Positions 31,501 to 40,029 of a stretch of DNA of 64,000 bases are shown in pieces. Position numbers and translations under genes: made by a program. This DNA comes from an uncultured candidate division Zixibacteria bacterium. Its GTDB lineage: Bacteria; Zixibacteria; MSB-5A5; GN15; PGXB01. Under the pieces are notes generated by a model. That model worked only from the letters and a program-made list of their open reading frames with translations, was not told where the DNA came from and made no database searches. Position 1 is the stretch's first letter. Every line of letters begins with the position of its first letter. The stretch is from contig OY969724.1 of NCBI GenBank assembly GCA_963702205.1, forward strand, positions 3,918,571 to 3,982,570, read 5' to 3'.

Positions 31501-31805
31501 TAGTAACCAACAGTGTGATGATGCCCAAAGAATTTCAACTCAGCCAGAATTATCCCAATCCATTTAACCCAACCACGACCATTGAATTTGCCCTGCCAAT
31601 TGATACTGACGTCAGGCTTGAGGTATACAATATACTCGGACAGAGGGTCGCCACACTTATAAACGAGCGTTTGGGAGCAGGCTATCACTCAATATTATGG
31701 GACGGCCGCAATGCATCCGGTGAAGAAGTCGCGTCGGGAGTATACTTCTATCGGATTATCACAGACAAATTCATCAAATCGAAAAAGATGGTGGTGTTGA
31801 AATAG
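25527..31805 (+). CDS. Large secreted multidomain protein: beta-helix repeats, Ig-like domains, putative permuted papain-like domain, dockerin and a C-terminal FlgD-Ig/T9SS-A-like domain
   Basis: GGAGG RBS and signal peptide; 185-aa internal repeats; dockerin CGDVAQPNDGLVNLLDILFLI; terminal LSQNYPNPFNPTTTIEF...ASGVYFYRI...KKMVVLK. Confidence 0.85.
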   Translation: MCSIIKAAKNIIKLFSLFLITCAFANADTTYVSTLSGSNHWTISGSPYVVTQDIKAVYGGLYIDPGVEVLFYSGAGLKIADDYATDPRPGWLNAVGTPDSVIRFAPLSGISGDWDGITFEKGSGYSTYTSTLEHCIIEKGHLNIYCRNTAQPTLHNCIIRGADHSGIYLSNSNIVEVSNCQIDSNALYGVYFTPGLFPNLMGNTYSDNGMGIAMSGGDFSASGTLKNDNNEPYNVLGDIRLIFRGLALEPGITMLFDTSAGLQVGGDYINDPRPGWLNAVGTPDSVIRFAPLSGISGDWDGITFEKGSGYSTYTSTLEHCIIEKGHLNIYCRNTAQPTLHNCIIRGADHSGIYLSNSNIVEVSNCQIDSNALYGVYFTPGLFPNLMGNTYSDNGMGIAMSGGDFSASGTLKNDNNEPYNVLGDIRLIFRGLALEPGITMLFDTSAGLQVGGDYINDPRPGWLNAVGTPDSVIRFAPLSGISGDWDGITFEKGSGYSTYTSTLEHCIIEKGHLNIYCRNTAQPTLHNCIIRGADHSGIYLSNSNIVEVSNCQIDSNAAYGVYIYGTSQPHIGDSVDFTCFIQNNPNYNLYNNTANSIYVRHNYWGTSDPDTIAAYIYDYFDEDTKGRVYYEPFIFDHNVGIISILEPTGIGSLVSVYVPTVILKNKGANQESGSAVFEIGDVYSEIVGFNLEIGQEDTISFPEWIPSELAAYFVTCSINLPDDLDESDNTFNDKISLSSGSGLEIHTIFPDFGRTGQFVTVSITGNGFESSGMGARLKLPGEPDIIADVSDINFINENTIEIGFDLTDAILDRWDIEISNSLNETYRFYKGLNVIFYEGEVLPLCEWHEFNVHDGSTIDAGGVLISKSEEIFMLLKKGNRSGYSGTWSGTVRLLDYEGNQIAYSTGGADVAFHCKDLSAGLYTLEIEAYDPGEGIIDFCSEIQDSMTIGQWYIGEILRPYGNDWVQFDLPEGIDTLHLQTEGYGMWSTIDVYLEDLNNPTGHWFFNNPPRGYHIEGKIANPPAGRYFIKYMDSAVLQGTGYNQKRQYMLLVDTSSSPPPPQIEPEITGLSTYEGGQGPVTVIVSGRGLDSLATVYLAREGYDDVIAEYVYGDSNMVELIATFDFSETETGDWEFIVENPGGQSDTSSDLFTVDQSISENVQIELVGRESQRINRSQTYLLKITNNGIINVYDRLLWLTMSENATFEFLDVSTPYNKPPHSATTFNGVKVLGVVLPLLEAGAKQTIPIKVYANGGDNIAFSAGIVDVPPPYYLLMKKGPFNHYDYSTNSIFSTLPNRVQPYYNDPPLQNGLTVFIGPNYGSGGDNPYGHNAITEVVNGELKVWDPFLKSAGYNQPMNFADWRYYFESDGAEYKGWGKPVDATDDKLNEVAALARQEVQNNEVEWSLYGFAGKYMTCSRWIQHLYAKRDLHPIPQPFAWPWITPGTLYLAMTGRSDFYSVLNPSKNLRFLSDLSFILDYYPEWSETWLGKALQSFISKLIQSSTPEDKYGPTGFDLPDTPIESKKRHLSEFKSQFDYRIDFWNHEEATADAQVVYIKDTLDENFDIYSFGFTKFGFLRWDIDLGGGQYFNVDVDMRPDMDLIVNVEGTFDPDNRAIDWVFTSMVPGSDTLPELIGFLPPIDSTGYNMGWVDFKVSPKSNLITGTQFTNQAFVNFDGYPACDTCPLWSPAPKDGPYLNTLDAGPPQSQITTLPDTTYDLSILVDWSGVDDDEQELGSGIKSYNIYYSDNGGPYVLWLNDTTATSAVFTGCIHDHTYAFYSLATDNVGHVESPPDSFDTKTTISYFFVCGDVAQPNDGLVNLLDILFLINYLYGNPQGDAPDPIEAADVNFDGENITVNLIDILYLIDFIYGEPHGPEPDCAGQKKRSVPSAPVDTAFIACNTKNGKSTINIDSPVDIFGIELKLRSADSSQITLTNQSNVFDLFYRQEKSAIKAGMLNPKEKQLLPKGKNVLLEASGTVEVTDVLAVDASLNPVYLVTNSVMMPKEFQLSQNYPNPFNPTTTIEFALPIDTDVRLEVYNILGQRVATLINERLGAGYHSILWDGRNASGEEVASGVYFYRIITDKFIKSKKMVVLK
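25781..27163 (+). repeat. Intragenic 555-bp tandem repeat, about 2.5 copies, apparently identical
   Basis: CGACCCCCGACCCGGCTGG starts at 25781, 26336 and 26891. The ORF track gives identical antisense ORFs at 26027 and 26582. Confidence 0.95.
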
Positions 31806-31831
31806 ACAATACGAAATAGTACAAGACGACG

Positions 31832-31900
31832 CGTAACCGTTTGCAATAGAATGGGTTACGATAAGTAGCTCCCCCAATTGTACGATTTTTGCAACTCATT
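31832..31900 (+). repeat. Cassette junction S6: CGTAACC...GGTTACG inverted repeat, core GCTCCCC (31868-31874), type-B right arm
   Basis: Right arm CAATTGTACGATTTTTGCAACT matches S3/S4. The left arm is divergent. Confidence 0.75.
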
Positions 31901-32014
31901 GCTTTACGATGATATGAAAATGCTACCATTGATAAACGGATTTATTTCCGCAATTTAAATCGCCCTCATACAGAGCGTTGCATATATCAGGCCTGCCTTC
32001 ACTTTTTAAACCAC

Positions 32015-32065
32015 TTGCCCCGATTACCCGAGATCGCTATATTTTTATGGGTTTGATAGGACTCG
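32015..32065 (+). promoter_or_regulatory. Shared cassette promoter (TTGCCC-17-TATATT)
   Basis: Matches the motif upstream of the other cassette genes. The upstream GGCCTGCCTT is also shared with the 20096 cassette. Confidence 0.55.
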
Positions 32066-32100
32066 GTTAAATAAAAGCTATATTCTTCACGGAGGGTGCT

Positions 32101-33582
32101 ATGTGCCGAAGAGCTTTCTTCTGTTATGTGGCAATGATTCTGCTTTTTGCACCAGTTGGTTGGGGGCAAGAGTATCTCGGTAATCAAGAAAACATAGACA
32201 TTAATGAGTTCCTAACTTCTATTAATCAAGATTCCTCAGCAGTTGGCCATTTTGGCGACCATAATAGTATTTTAGATCCTGACGGTTTTGGCAGCCGGCC
32301 GAATTTAGTCAGTGGCAAACGGATTTCACTCTTTAAAGATGATTCGCTCGTTCCAGATTTAAAAGATATTGACTCATGGTCTCCATTGGGCTCAGGAGTG
32401 AATGGCTTTGTATTTTCTTTGGCCATATATGACAATAAGTTGATTGTAGGTGGAGCATTTACTTCCGCTGGCGGAATCACAGCCAACTATATAGCCGCTT
32501 GGGATGGTTCTTCTTGGTCACCTTTGGGCTTGGGAATGGGTGGTTCTGAAATTCAAGTTATTCACGCCCTATTAGTCTATAATAATAAGCTCTACGCCGG
32601 CGGCAAGTTTAGTACGGCAGATGGCATGGCAGCTAATAATGTCGCTGTTTGGAACGGGTCCTCATGGGAAGCATTGGGGTCCGGGATAAATGGCATTGTT
32701 GTTGCGCTGGCGATTTTTAACAACGAATTGATTGCAGCAGGTGATTTTACAATTGCCGGAGGAGTTGACGTAAATAATATAGCATCATGGGATGGATCTT
32801 CATGGTCAACATTGGGTTCCGGTCCAAACTATGAAGTCCACGATTTGATTGTTTATCATAATGAACTAATTGCGGGAGGCTCATTTTGGATGGCCGGAGA
32901 AATTCCCGCGAATAGCATTGCGGTATGGAATGGTATAACTTGGTCAGCTTTGGGTTCAGGGACAAATGGTCCAGGTTATATCAATGCATTATCAATATAT
33001 AATGACAGACTTATTGCAGGAGGCGTTTTTAGCGCAATCGGTGATATCAGCTCAAATGACATTGCCTCATGGAACGGGGATAGTTGGGATACTGTTGGGT
33101 GTGGACTAAATGCTGCTGTTGCCAGTCTTGCGATTTATGACAACAAATTAATCGCTGGAGGTTATTTTGAGTCAGCCGGAACAACCGCAGTAAATTATGT
33201 TGCACGTTGGAATGGACTTTTATGGGCTCCCATTGGATCGGGAATGGATGATGCTCCTGTTACGGCTTTGATTGAATATGATAGCAATTTAATCGCAGGC
33301 GGGTGGTTTTATACCGCCGGAGGAGTTGATGTAAATTTCATTGCCGCATGGAGAAGCTCAATCCAATATGCATGTGGCGACGCCAATGCCGACGGAAATG
33401 TTAATTTAATTGATATCTTATATCTGATTGATTACAAGTATGGTAACCCTCCCGGTCCTGCGCCTGATCCACCGGAGTCAGGTGATGTCAACAACGACGG
33501 CAATATCAATCTAATTGACATATTATATTTGATCGACTTCAAGTATGGAACACCTCCGGGTCCCGAGCCGGTTTGTCCATAA
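32101..33582 (+). CDS. Secreted beta-propeller (WDGSSWSxLG repeats) protein with C-terminal dockerin
   Basis: GGAGG RBS and signal peptide; about 7 repeats like those of 16195..19749; dockerin like that of 20096..25189. Confidence 0.88.
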   Translation: MCRRAFFCYVAMILLFAPVGWGQEYLGNQENIDINEFLTSINQDSSAVGHFGDHNSILDPDGFGSRPNLVSGKRISLFKDDSLVPDLKDIDSWSPLGSGVNGFVFSLAIYDNKLIVGGAFTSAGGITANYIAAWDGSSWSPLGLGMGGSEIQVIHALLVYNNKLYAGGKFSTADGMAANNVAVWNGSSWEALGSGINGIVVALAIFNNELIAAGDFTIAGGVDVNNIASWDGSSWSTLGSGPNYEVHDLIVYHNELIAGGSFWMAGEIPANSIAVWNGITWSALGSGTNGPGYINALSIYNDRLIAGGVFSAIGDISSNDIASWNGDSWDTVGCGLNAAVASLAIYDNKLIAGGYFESAGTTAVNYVARWNGLLWAPIGSGMDDAPVTALIEYDSNLIAGGWFYTAGGVDVNFIAAWRSSIQYACGDANADGNVNLIDILYLIDYKYGNPPGPAPDPPESGDVNNDGNINLIDILYLIDFKYGTPPGPEPVCP

Positions 33583-33600
33583 TAAACCCCCAATTGTACG

Positions 33601-33686
33601 AAATGGATGCGCAAAAACAGCGCATCCATTTGTGCAACAACACGTTACAAGCTTGCTCCCCGAACCGTGCAGAACTCAGAACTTTT
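33601..33686 (+). repeat. Cassette junction S7, predicted attL of the LSR element: hairpin, left arm, core GCTCCCCG (33655-33662), type-A right arm
   Basis: Stem AAATGGATGCGC / GCGCATCCATTT. Its right-arm CAGAACTCAGAACT is an inverted match to 51984-51997. Confidence 0.85.
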
Positions 33687-33746
33687 AGGCTGGAATTCGA
33701 GTTAAATATTCCGGCGAATAGCGAAATTTTGAAGCAATTAACTAAC

Positions 33747-36700
33747 CTATTTGTTCATACTCGATCTAAACTCAAGCACTAAACCAATTTCAGTTGTATT
33801 ATTTTGGGGCTCCATTACATCAATTTCATATGATGTAAAAGGAAATGTTTTGCTTGTCGCCCCAACATAGCTGATATCAGATTTTTCAATTTCCCAATGC
33901 TGAACATATAGCTCAAGGCCCCAAGAATCATTACTATTAATATTTACTATACCCATTGATAATTTCGTCCCAAGGCCTTTTTTTTGTTTATTTTCAGCAT
34001 TCGAAAGATAATAATCTCCGGCATCAACTTGACCTAAGGAGCTTTTTACAATGCCTGCCCAAAAGATATCAATTTCCAAACCAATTGTTGCCAACCAATT
34101 TGTATTATTGAATTTAATCTCTAATGCTCCCCCCAATGGGCTAAAAAAGTAGCTTATTTCTCTATCATACCCATACTCACTAATACTCATTTTATCAACC
34201 CAATTGCGGAAACCTACTCCCCCATAAGGCACAAACATTGTGCGACCGGATAAAATAACCGGAATTCCAGCGGTAAGGCGTAGTTCAAAAATCTCATCCT
34301 TAACACCTTCTATTTGTAATGGTACGACATTTCCATTTTCGTCAAACATGCCGCCATCATAATCGATTGATCCAGCAGGAGCATAAAATAAATCCATAGA
34401 CAACGCTATATCCTGATTTATATACCCAATCTCAGAACCAAAACCATATAGATTACCCGACTCACTCATAAGACCAGGTTCTTCATATTCATGAGACATA
34501 CTAAATAGCTTCCCTATAAAAAATAACTTCCCCTTTTTATTAAGATTTGGATGTTCCTCTGCTTTGCTTTCTTTGGTTATCGGCCTATTCATTTCCTCTA
34601 TCTTACTACTGCGATTTTCCTGTTTTTGTGAAGAGTCATTCTGGTCATCAAAACTAGTTGGTTGAGCAACTTGAGATCTTTGTAGATTTGAGTGCGATAC
34701 TAAAATCAATCTTCGATTAGGATTTTCAGCTTTATTTTCAAATTGTATTCCTAGCCAAAGTGAATCCGTATTTATGCAAGATTCAGTAAATTGATTAATT
34801 AGACCTAACCATATGCCAATTTTGCCATATTTCACGCCGGCATATTGGCTTTCCAACCAACATGGATCTATTGATGACATCTTGTCATATAATCTAAATG
34901 TAAATTTATAACTTCCATTATCAATAATAGATTCATTGCCATCATAGACTGTTGCTTGGTAATATAGAACATCGGGAAAATCTGAAATATCCCATTGATC
35001 ATCTAAAATAATGTTATCGGTTACACGAGCTTTGGGTTTTTCTGCACCAGATTTGATAAATGGCAGATGGAGCGGGACTGAAGTGATCAATCCTCCATTA
35101 TGATCGATTATATCTATGTTAATAGGAAATTCCGTCGCTCTATTATTGGTAAACGCAACAAATTTCAAATCCTTTATTTTGCCGGCCCCAATGACATCAA
35201 AATTATACTGAACATGGGAGTCCTGCGCAATAAAAACATTTGGTCCAGTTCTTACATTAACCGTAATATCATACGCATCTGCAGGGCTCATATTTTGTAT
35301 ATATACAGTAATTTCAACAAGTTCCGCTTTTTCGATTATACTATTATTGTCAGCATCAGCAAATTGATAGTCCAATATTTCCAACTTAGGTTTCTGAATG
35401 CCGCCAATTACTAATCCGTATTCCAGTGGTGGAATTAGATCGAAGCCATTTTTCTCAAAAACTTCTATCACGACATTACATGTGTCTTCTGTACTATTCG
35501 CACCTAAAATTAATGGCAAAGCTACGGTTGTCGTAGCATTCGGCAATAATTGACCAATTACTGAAGGTTTACCGAAAGTGACTTTATCGCAATTATCATT
35601 GTCGTTTATTCCAAGAACAAGATCATAAGCTATTCCCTTGCCTTCATTGGATATATCAATTGCAAGGGCACCCGTTTCATAGGCATCCAATTTTCCATTA
35701 TTATTCGGATCTTGCAATCTACAAACTGCCTTTAAATGTGGAGGGTAGCCAGGATTATCATTTTCCTTTTCTTGCTCATTTTTCTTGGACTTTTTTAAAA
35801 CCGCACTATCAGCATTGTTTAGATTGGTACTGGCTAAACCAACACCTTCTTTGGCGCTTATTGGAGGTTTGTTTTTCGCAAGATCGTCTTTATTAAGTGC
35901 ATTGTCCATATTGAGTTTTTCTCTGGAAGCAACTTCGTTCGGCCCTAAATCAATGTTATCCATATTCAAAATTAGCATTTGCTTTCTATTACCGCCAATT
36001 GCAACTTCATTCTTTTGGGGATTAAACTGGATACAATTAATTTCTTGAAAGTCTGTAATGACTGAATCGATAATTTTGTTATCGGTTAAGTTCCAGATAC
36101 AGACTTTCTCACCGGTGCCAGCGCCAATTAAAATATCTCTCCTTACGGCAAGGCAATAAATTGCACCAATGTGGTTTTCAAATATCTTAATAATTTCATT
36201 TTTGGCGATATCCCAAATAATTACATTCCCAGCATCACTCCCCGCAATTAGATATCTATTGTCATCTGCAAATGTAATAGCTGTTATTGTGTAATCGTTT
36301 TTAACAAAAGTAGCAATATTATCATAATTATCTGTATTATAAATATAGATCGCATCATTATCACATAAGGCAAGCCTATCGCCGTTTCTACTATAAGCCA
36401 TGGCATGTATTTGCCCTCGAGTTGTTTTAAGTGTATACAGTTTATTTTTGGTTATGACATCATATATTCTAACTCTGAGACCTTCTCCACCAACCGCAAA
36501 ACCCGCTCCGTCAGGATTTAAAGCCATTGAAAAAATACGATCCTCTCTGGTGGAAGTAATTTTGTTTCCGGAATTAATATCCCAGAACTTAAGATATCCA
36601 TCTGGACCGCCTGAAATTATACATTTACCTTTATTAGCAAAAAGAATACAACCTGGGGACAAACTTGCACTGAATTTGCAAATTATCCTTTTGGATTTCG

Positions 36701-36875
36701 TATCCATAATGCAATGAGTTCCATCTTCAGCTCCAATCGCGATTTTTGATCCTGTTGAATCATATGAAATCGCTATTATGTCACCTTCATCCAATGATAC
36801 TGCAGTGCAAGGAACTTCGCAATTACCTGAATAAAAGCACAATAACAATAATACTAAAAATGAAAAACGCGACAT
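33747..36875 (-). CDS. Secreted WD40-repeat protein with Ig/CARDB-like domains and a putative C-terminal outer-membrane beta-barrel
   Basis: Start reassigned to ATG 36875 (GGAGG RBS, signal peptide). WD repeats (DGYLKFWD, GNVIIWD); amphipathic beta strands at the C-terminus; AT-rich. Confidence 0.7.
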   Translation of the reverse strand: MSRFSFLVLLLLCFYSGNCEVPCTAVSLDEGDIIAISYDSTGSKIAIGAEDGTHCIMDTKSKRIICKFSASLSPGCILFANKGKCIISGGPDGYLKFWDINSGNKITSTREDRIFSMALNPDGAGFAVGGEGLRVRIYDVITKNKLYTLKTTRGQIHAMAYSRNGDRLALCDNDAIYIYNTDNYDNIATFVKNDYTITAITFADDNRYLIAGSDAGNVIIWDIAKNEIIKIFENHIGAIYCLAVRRDILIGAGTGEKVCIWNLTDNKIIDSVITDFQEINCIQFNPQKNEVAIGGNRKQMLILNMDNIDLGPNEVASREKLNMDNALNKDDLAKNKPPISAKEGVGLASTNLNNADSAVLKKSKKNEQEKENDNPGYPPHLKAVCRLQDPNNNGKLDAYETGALAIDISNEGKGIAYDLVLGINDNDNCDKVTFGKPSVIGQLLPNATTTVALPLILGANSTEDTCNVVIEVFEKNGFDLIPPLEYGLVIGGIQKPKLEILDYQFADADNNSIIEKAELVEITVYIQNMSPADAYDITVNVRTGPNVFIAQDSHVQYNFDVIGAGKIKDLKFVAFTNNRATEFPINIDIIDHNGGLITSVPLHLPFIKSGAEKPKARVTDNIILDDQWDISDFPDVLYYQATVYDGNESIIDNGSYKFTFRLYDKMSSIDPCWLESQYAGVKYGKIGIWLGLINQFTESCINTDSLWLGIQFENKAENPNRRLILVSHSNLQRSQVAQPTSFDDQNDSSQKQENRSSKIEEMNRPITKESKAEEHPNLNKKGKLFFIGKLFSMSHEYEEPGLMSESGNLYGFGSEIGYINQDIALSMDLFYAPAGSIDYDGGMFDENGNVVPLQIEGVKDEIFELRLTAGIPVILSGRTMFVPYGGVGFRNWVDKMSISEYGYDREISYFFSPLGGALEIKFNNTNWLATIGLEIDIFWAGIVKSSLGQVDAGDYYLSNAENKQKKGLGTKLSMGIVNINSNDSWGLELYVQHWEIEKSDISYVGATSKTFPFTSYEIDVMEPQNNTTEIGLVLEFRSSMNK

Positions 36876-36936
36876 ATTGACCCTCCAGACTATATTTATA
36901 TAAAAAAGGACGATGATTCTGTATTTACGTCTTCGC

Positions 36937-39900
36937 CTACTCCCCCCACCCTTCACAAAGAACCTCCGCCTGTTCCAAAACCAATTCTGTCGCCTGGGCC
37001 TGCTTGTCCGGCGGGTAACCGTGGCGCCGCAATATCCTCTTTATTATTACCCGCATTTGGGCCCGGACATTCTCGCGGACCGTCCAATCGATAGTGATGC
37101 TATTCCGAACAGCTTTGACAAGCTCCTGCGCGATGGAACGCAGCGTCTCGTCCCCGAGAACCTGAACCGCGCTGTCATTGACGCCGAGGGCATCATAAAA
37201 GGCGACTTCATCTTCGGAAAGCCCCAGGTTATCACCCCTGCGGCTGGCTTCACGCATATCTTTGGCAAGGGTAATCAATTCCTCAATAACAGCCGCAGTT
37301 TCAATGGCTCTATTTTGATATTTTTTAATAGAATTTTCCAGCATTTCGGCAAATGACCGCGCCTGGACAATATTCCTTTTACTCCTTGTTCTGATTTCAC
37401 CTTCTAATAGTTTTTTAAGCATTTCGACGGCCAAATTCCGCTGGGGCATATCTCGGACTTCCGCAAGGAACTCATCGGACAGAATTGATATATCTGGTTT
37501 TTTTAGTCCCGCAGCGGCAAAAATGTCGATGACTTCGTCTGAAGAAACTGCTTTCGATACAATTTGCCGAATGGCCAACTCCACTTCATCAGTGCTCCGG
37601 CGATCAACAACGGCGCTTTTTGTTAAAACTGATTTAACTGCCTGGAAAAAGGCCACGTCATCACGAATTTTAAGCGCTTCTTCATGTGGGACAGAAAGCG
37701 CAAATGCCCTTGAAAGTTCAGTTACCGCCTTAGCCAGCCTATCCTTGCCATCTTCTTGATCCAGGACATGTTCCTGAGCTGCCGGGAGGATTGAAAGCCG
37801 CTCCTGCGAGTTGCCCGTTTTCCATTTCGACCAATCAAAACCATGAAATATATCGCAACAGATTTCATAACGTTCCAGCATTACAGCTACCGCTTCTGCC
37901 TGGTCTACCGCCGTTTTGCCTTTACCACCGCTTTCCGTATAAGTTGCCAAGGCTGATTTCAACTCATGTGCCAGCCCCAGATAATCGACAACCAAGCCAC
38001 CCGGCTTGTCTTTAAATACCCGGTTTACCCGCGCAATGGTTTGCATCAGCCCATGGCTTCGCATAGGTTTATCGGCATACATTGTATGAAGACTTGGCGC
38101 ATCGAAACCCGTCAGCCACATATCGCGGACTATGACAATTTGAAATTTGTCTTTTGGATCTTTAAAACGTTTCGCCAATTCTTCCCGGCGGGGTTTATTT
38201 CTGATGTGAGGCTGCCAATCAAGAGGGTCCGATGCCGAACCGGTCATCACGATTTTAATGATGCCCTTTCCATCTTCTTCATTATGCCAGCCGGGCCGAA
38301 TGGCCATAATCGCTTTGTAAAGCTCGACACAAATTCGGCGGCTCATGCAAACAATCATCGCTTTGCCGTTCATGGCTTCAAGGCGGGTTTCAAAATGCCT
38401 TACCAAATCCTCTGCAACCAACTTTAGCCGTTTTTCCGTTCCAACCAGTGCCTCAAGTTGAGCCCATTTTGTTTTCAGCCGTTCCTTATGGTCAACTTCT
38501 TCACCTTCAGTGGCTTCTTCGAAATCCACATCCAGTTTCGGTCGTTCGGCCTCATCAAGCTCCAGCATGGCCAGACGGCTTTCGTAATAGATTGGAACCG
38601 TCGCCCCATCTTTCACCGCCCGTTCAATATCGTAAATGCTGATATAATCGCCAAAAACGGAACGGGTATTCCTATCAGCCTTTTCGATGGGTGTCCCGGT
38701 GAATCCAATAAACGATGCATTTGGCAGTGCCTCGCGCATATACCGGGCATAGCCATCGATGAAGTCATATTGGCTGCGGTGCGCCTCATCGGCAATTACG
38801 ACGATATTTCGCCGACCAGACAAGAGCGGGTATTGATCCTCTCCCTCGGTTGGGAAAAATTTCTGAACCGTTGTAAATACAACACCTCCCGAACCTGTAG
38901 TCAACAGCTCCCGCAGATTATCACGGCTCTTGGCTTGCATTGGTGATTGTCGCAAAATTTCATGACATCTTGCGAACGTCCCGAATAGCTGATCGTCAAG
39001 ATCATTGCGGTCGGTTATAATGACCAAGGTTGGGTTTTCCATCGCAGGGTGCAGCACAATCCGCCCGGCATAAAAGGCCATTGTCAGACTTTTGCCCGAT
39101 CCCTGGGTATGCCAAACAACACCGGCCCGTTTATCGCCGCCCATTGCAGACGCTTTAATTGTCGACTCAACCGCTTTATTGGTGGCATGATACTGATGAT
39201 ATCCGGCCATCTTCTTGGCCAAAACACCGCCACCCGTATCTTCGAATACGATAAAATATCGAATCAAATCCAGTAAACGCCGCTTTTCGAATACGCCCTC
39301 AAGCATTACCTGAAGCTGTGTCAGATGTGTATCGGCTAATTCCTCGCCCTCTATTGTCCGCCATGGTAAAAACCACTCTTTACTTGCAGTAATGGTCCCG
39401 ATGCGTGCCTGCATACCGTCCGAAATAACCATCGCCTCATTGAAGATGAAAAGTGATGGAATCTGATTCTTGTAAGTCTGAAGCTGATTAAACGCTTTCC
39501 AGATGTCGGCGCTTTCATCAGCAGGGTTTTTTAATTCGATTACCGCTACCGGTAAACCATTTATAAACAGCACCACATCCGGGCGACGTTCACGTTGATC
39601 TTCAACAACGGTGAATTGATTGACGGCAATGAATTCATTATTTTCCGGCTCATCAAAGTCGAATACACGAACAAGGTCACCGCGAATTGAGCCATCCGAA
39701 TGTTCGAATTCAACCGGCACACCATCGACGAAGTAATTATGAATTGTATGATTATTCGCTACCAAAGACGGTGAATCGGGACGCGTCAGCTTGCGGAAAG
39801 CTTCTTCAATTGCGTCCGGCGGCACGTCCGGATTTAATCGTTGCAGTGCTTGCCTAAGTCTTCGGTCGAGCACAACCCGGCCATAATCCACACGCTCGCC

Positions 39901-40011
39901 CATCGTTTCGCCCGGAGCAATCTCGGGACCGAAGAGGATAGTGTATCTTAGGCTTTCCAACCACGCAAGGGCGGCTTGTTCGACATCGGATTCAGTGAAT
40001 CTACTTGTCAC
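36937..40011 (-). CDS. hsdR: Type I restriction endonuclease R subunit
   Basis: [41 protein letters not shown] and MWLTGFDAP motifs. Confidence 0.97.
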   Translation of the reverse strand: MTSRFTESDVEQAALAWLESLRYTILFGPEIAPGETMGERVDYGRVVLDRRLRQALQRLNPDVPPDAIEEAFRKLTRPDSPSLVANNHTIHNYFVDGVPVEFEHSDGSIRGDLVRVFDFDEPENNEFIAVNQFTVVEDQRERRPDVVLFINGLPVAVIELKNPADESADIWKAFNQLQTYKNQIPSLFIFNEAMVISDGMQARIGTITASKEWFLPWRTIEGEELADTHLTQLQVMLEGVFEKRRLLDLIRYFIVFEDTGGGVLAKKMAGYHQYHATNKAVESTIKASAMGGDKRAGVVWHTQGSGKSLTMAFYAGRIVLHPAMENPTLVIITDRNDLDDQLFGTFARCHEILRQSPMQAKSRDNLRELLTTGSGGVVFTTVQKFFPTEGEDQYPLLSGRRNIVVIADEAHRSQYDFIDGYARYMREALPNASFIGFTGTPIEKADRNTRSVFGDYISIYDIERAVKDGATVPIYYESRLAMLELDEAERPKLDVDFEEATEGEEVDHKERLKTKWAQLEALVGTEKRLKLVAEDLVRHFETRLEAMNGKAMIVCMSRRICVELYKAIMAIRPGWHNEEDGKGIIKIVMTGSASDPLDWQPHIRNKPRREELAKRFKDPKDKFQIVIVRDMWLTGFDAPSLHTMYADKPMRSHGLMQTIARVNRVFKDKPGGLVVDYLGLAHELKSALATYTESGGKGKTAVDQAEAVAVMLERYEICCDIFHGFDWSKWKTGNSQERLSILPAAQEHVLDQEDGKDRLAKAVTELSRAFALSVPHEEALKIRDDVAFFQAVKSVLTKSAVVDRRSTDEVELAIRQIVSKAVSSDEVIDIFAAAGLKKPDISILSDEFLAEVRDMPQRNLAVEMLKKLLEGEIRTRSKRNIVQARSFAEMLENSIKKYQNRAIETAAVIEELITLAKDMREASRRGDNLGLSEDEVAFYDALGVNDSAVQVLGDETLRSIAQELVKAVRNSITIDWTVRENVRAQMRVIIKRILRRHGYPPDKQAQATELVLEQAEVLCEGWGE

Positions 40012-40029
40012 AAATGCATCCTCAGCAAG

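Noticed and set aside
1..33582. Diversity-generating retroelement acting on the paralogous C-termini
   Set aside because: No reverse transcriptase in the window, no non-coding template repeat, and the differences between paralogs do not look adenine-specific.
466..33686. Junction repeats interpreted as a CRISPR array or as classical integron attC sites
   Set aside because: Spacing is kilobases and there are no cas genes. There is no IntI tyrosine recombinase and no RYYYAAC...GTTRRRY box structure that I could see. The core instead matches a site inside the serine recombinase gene.
34126..34140. GCTCCCCCCAATGGG resembling core plus type-B arm
   Set aside because: Inside the WD40/barrel coding sequence (PLGGAL codons); similarity stops after a few bases.
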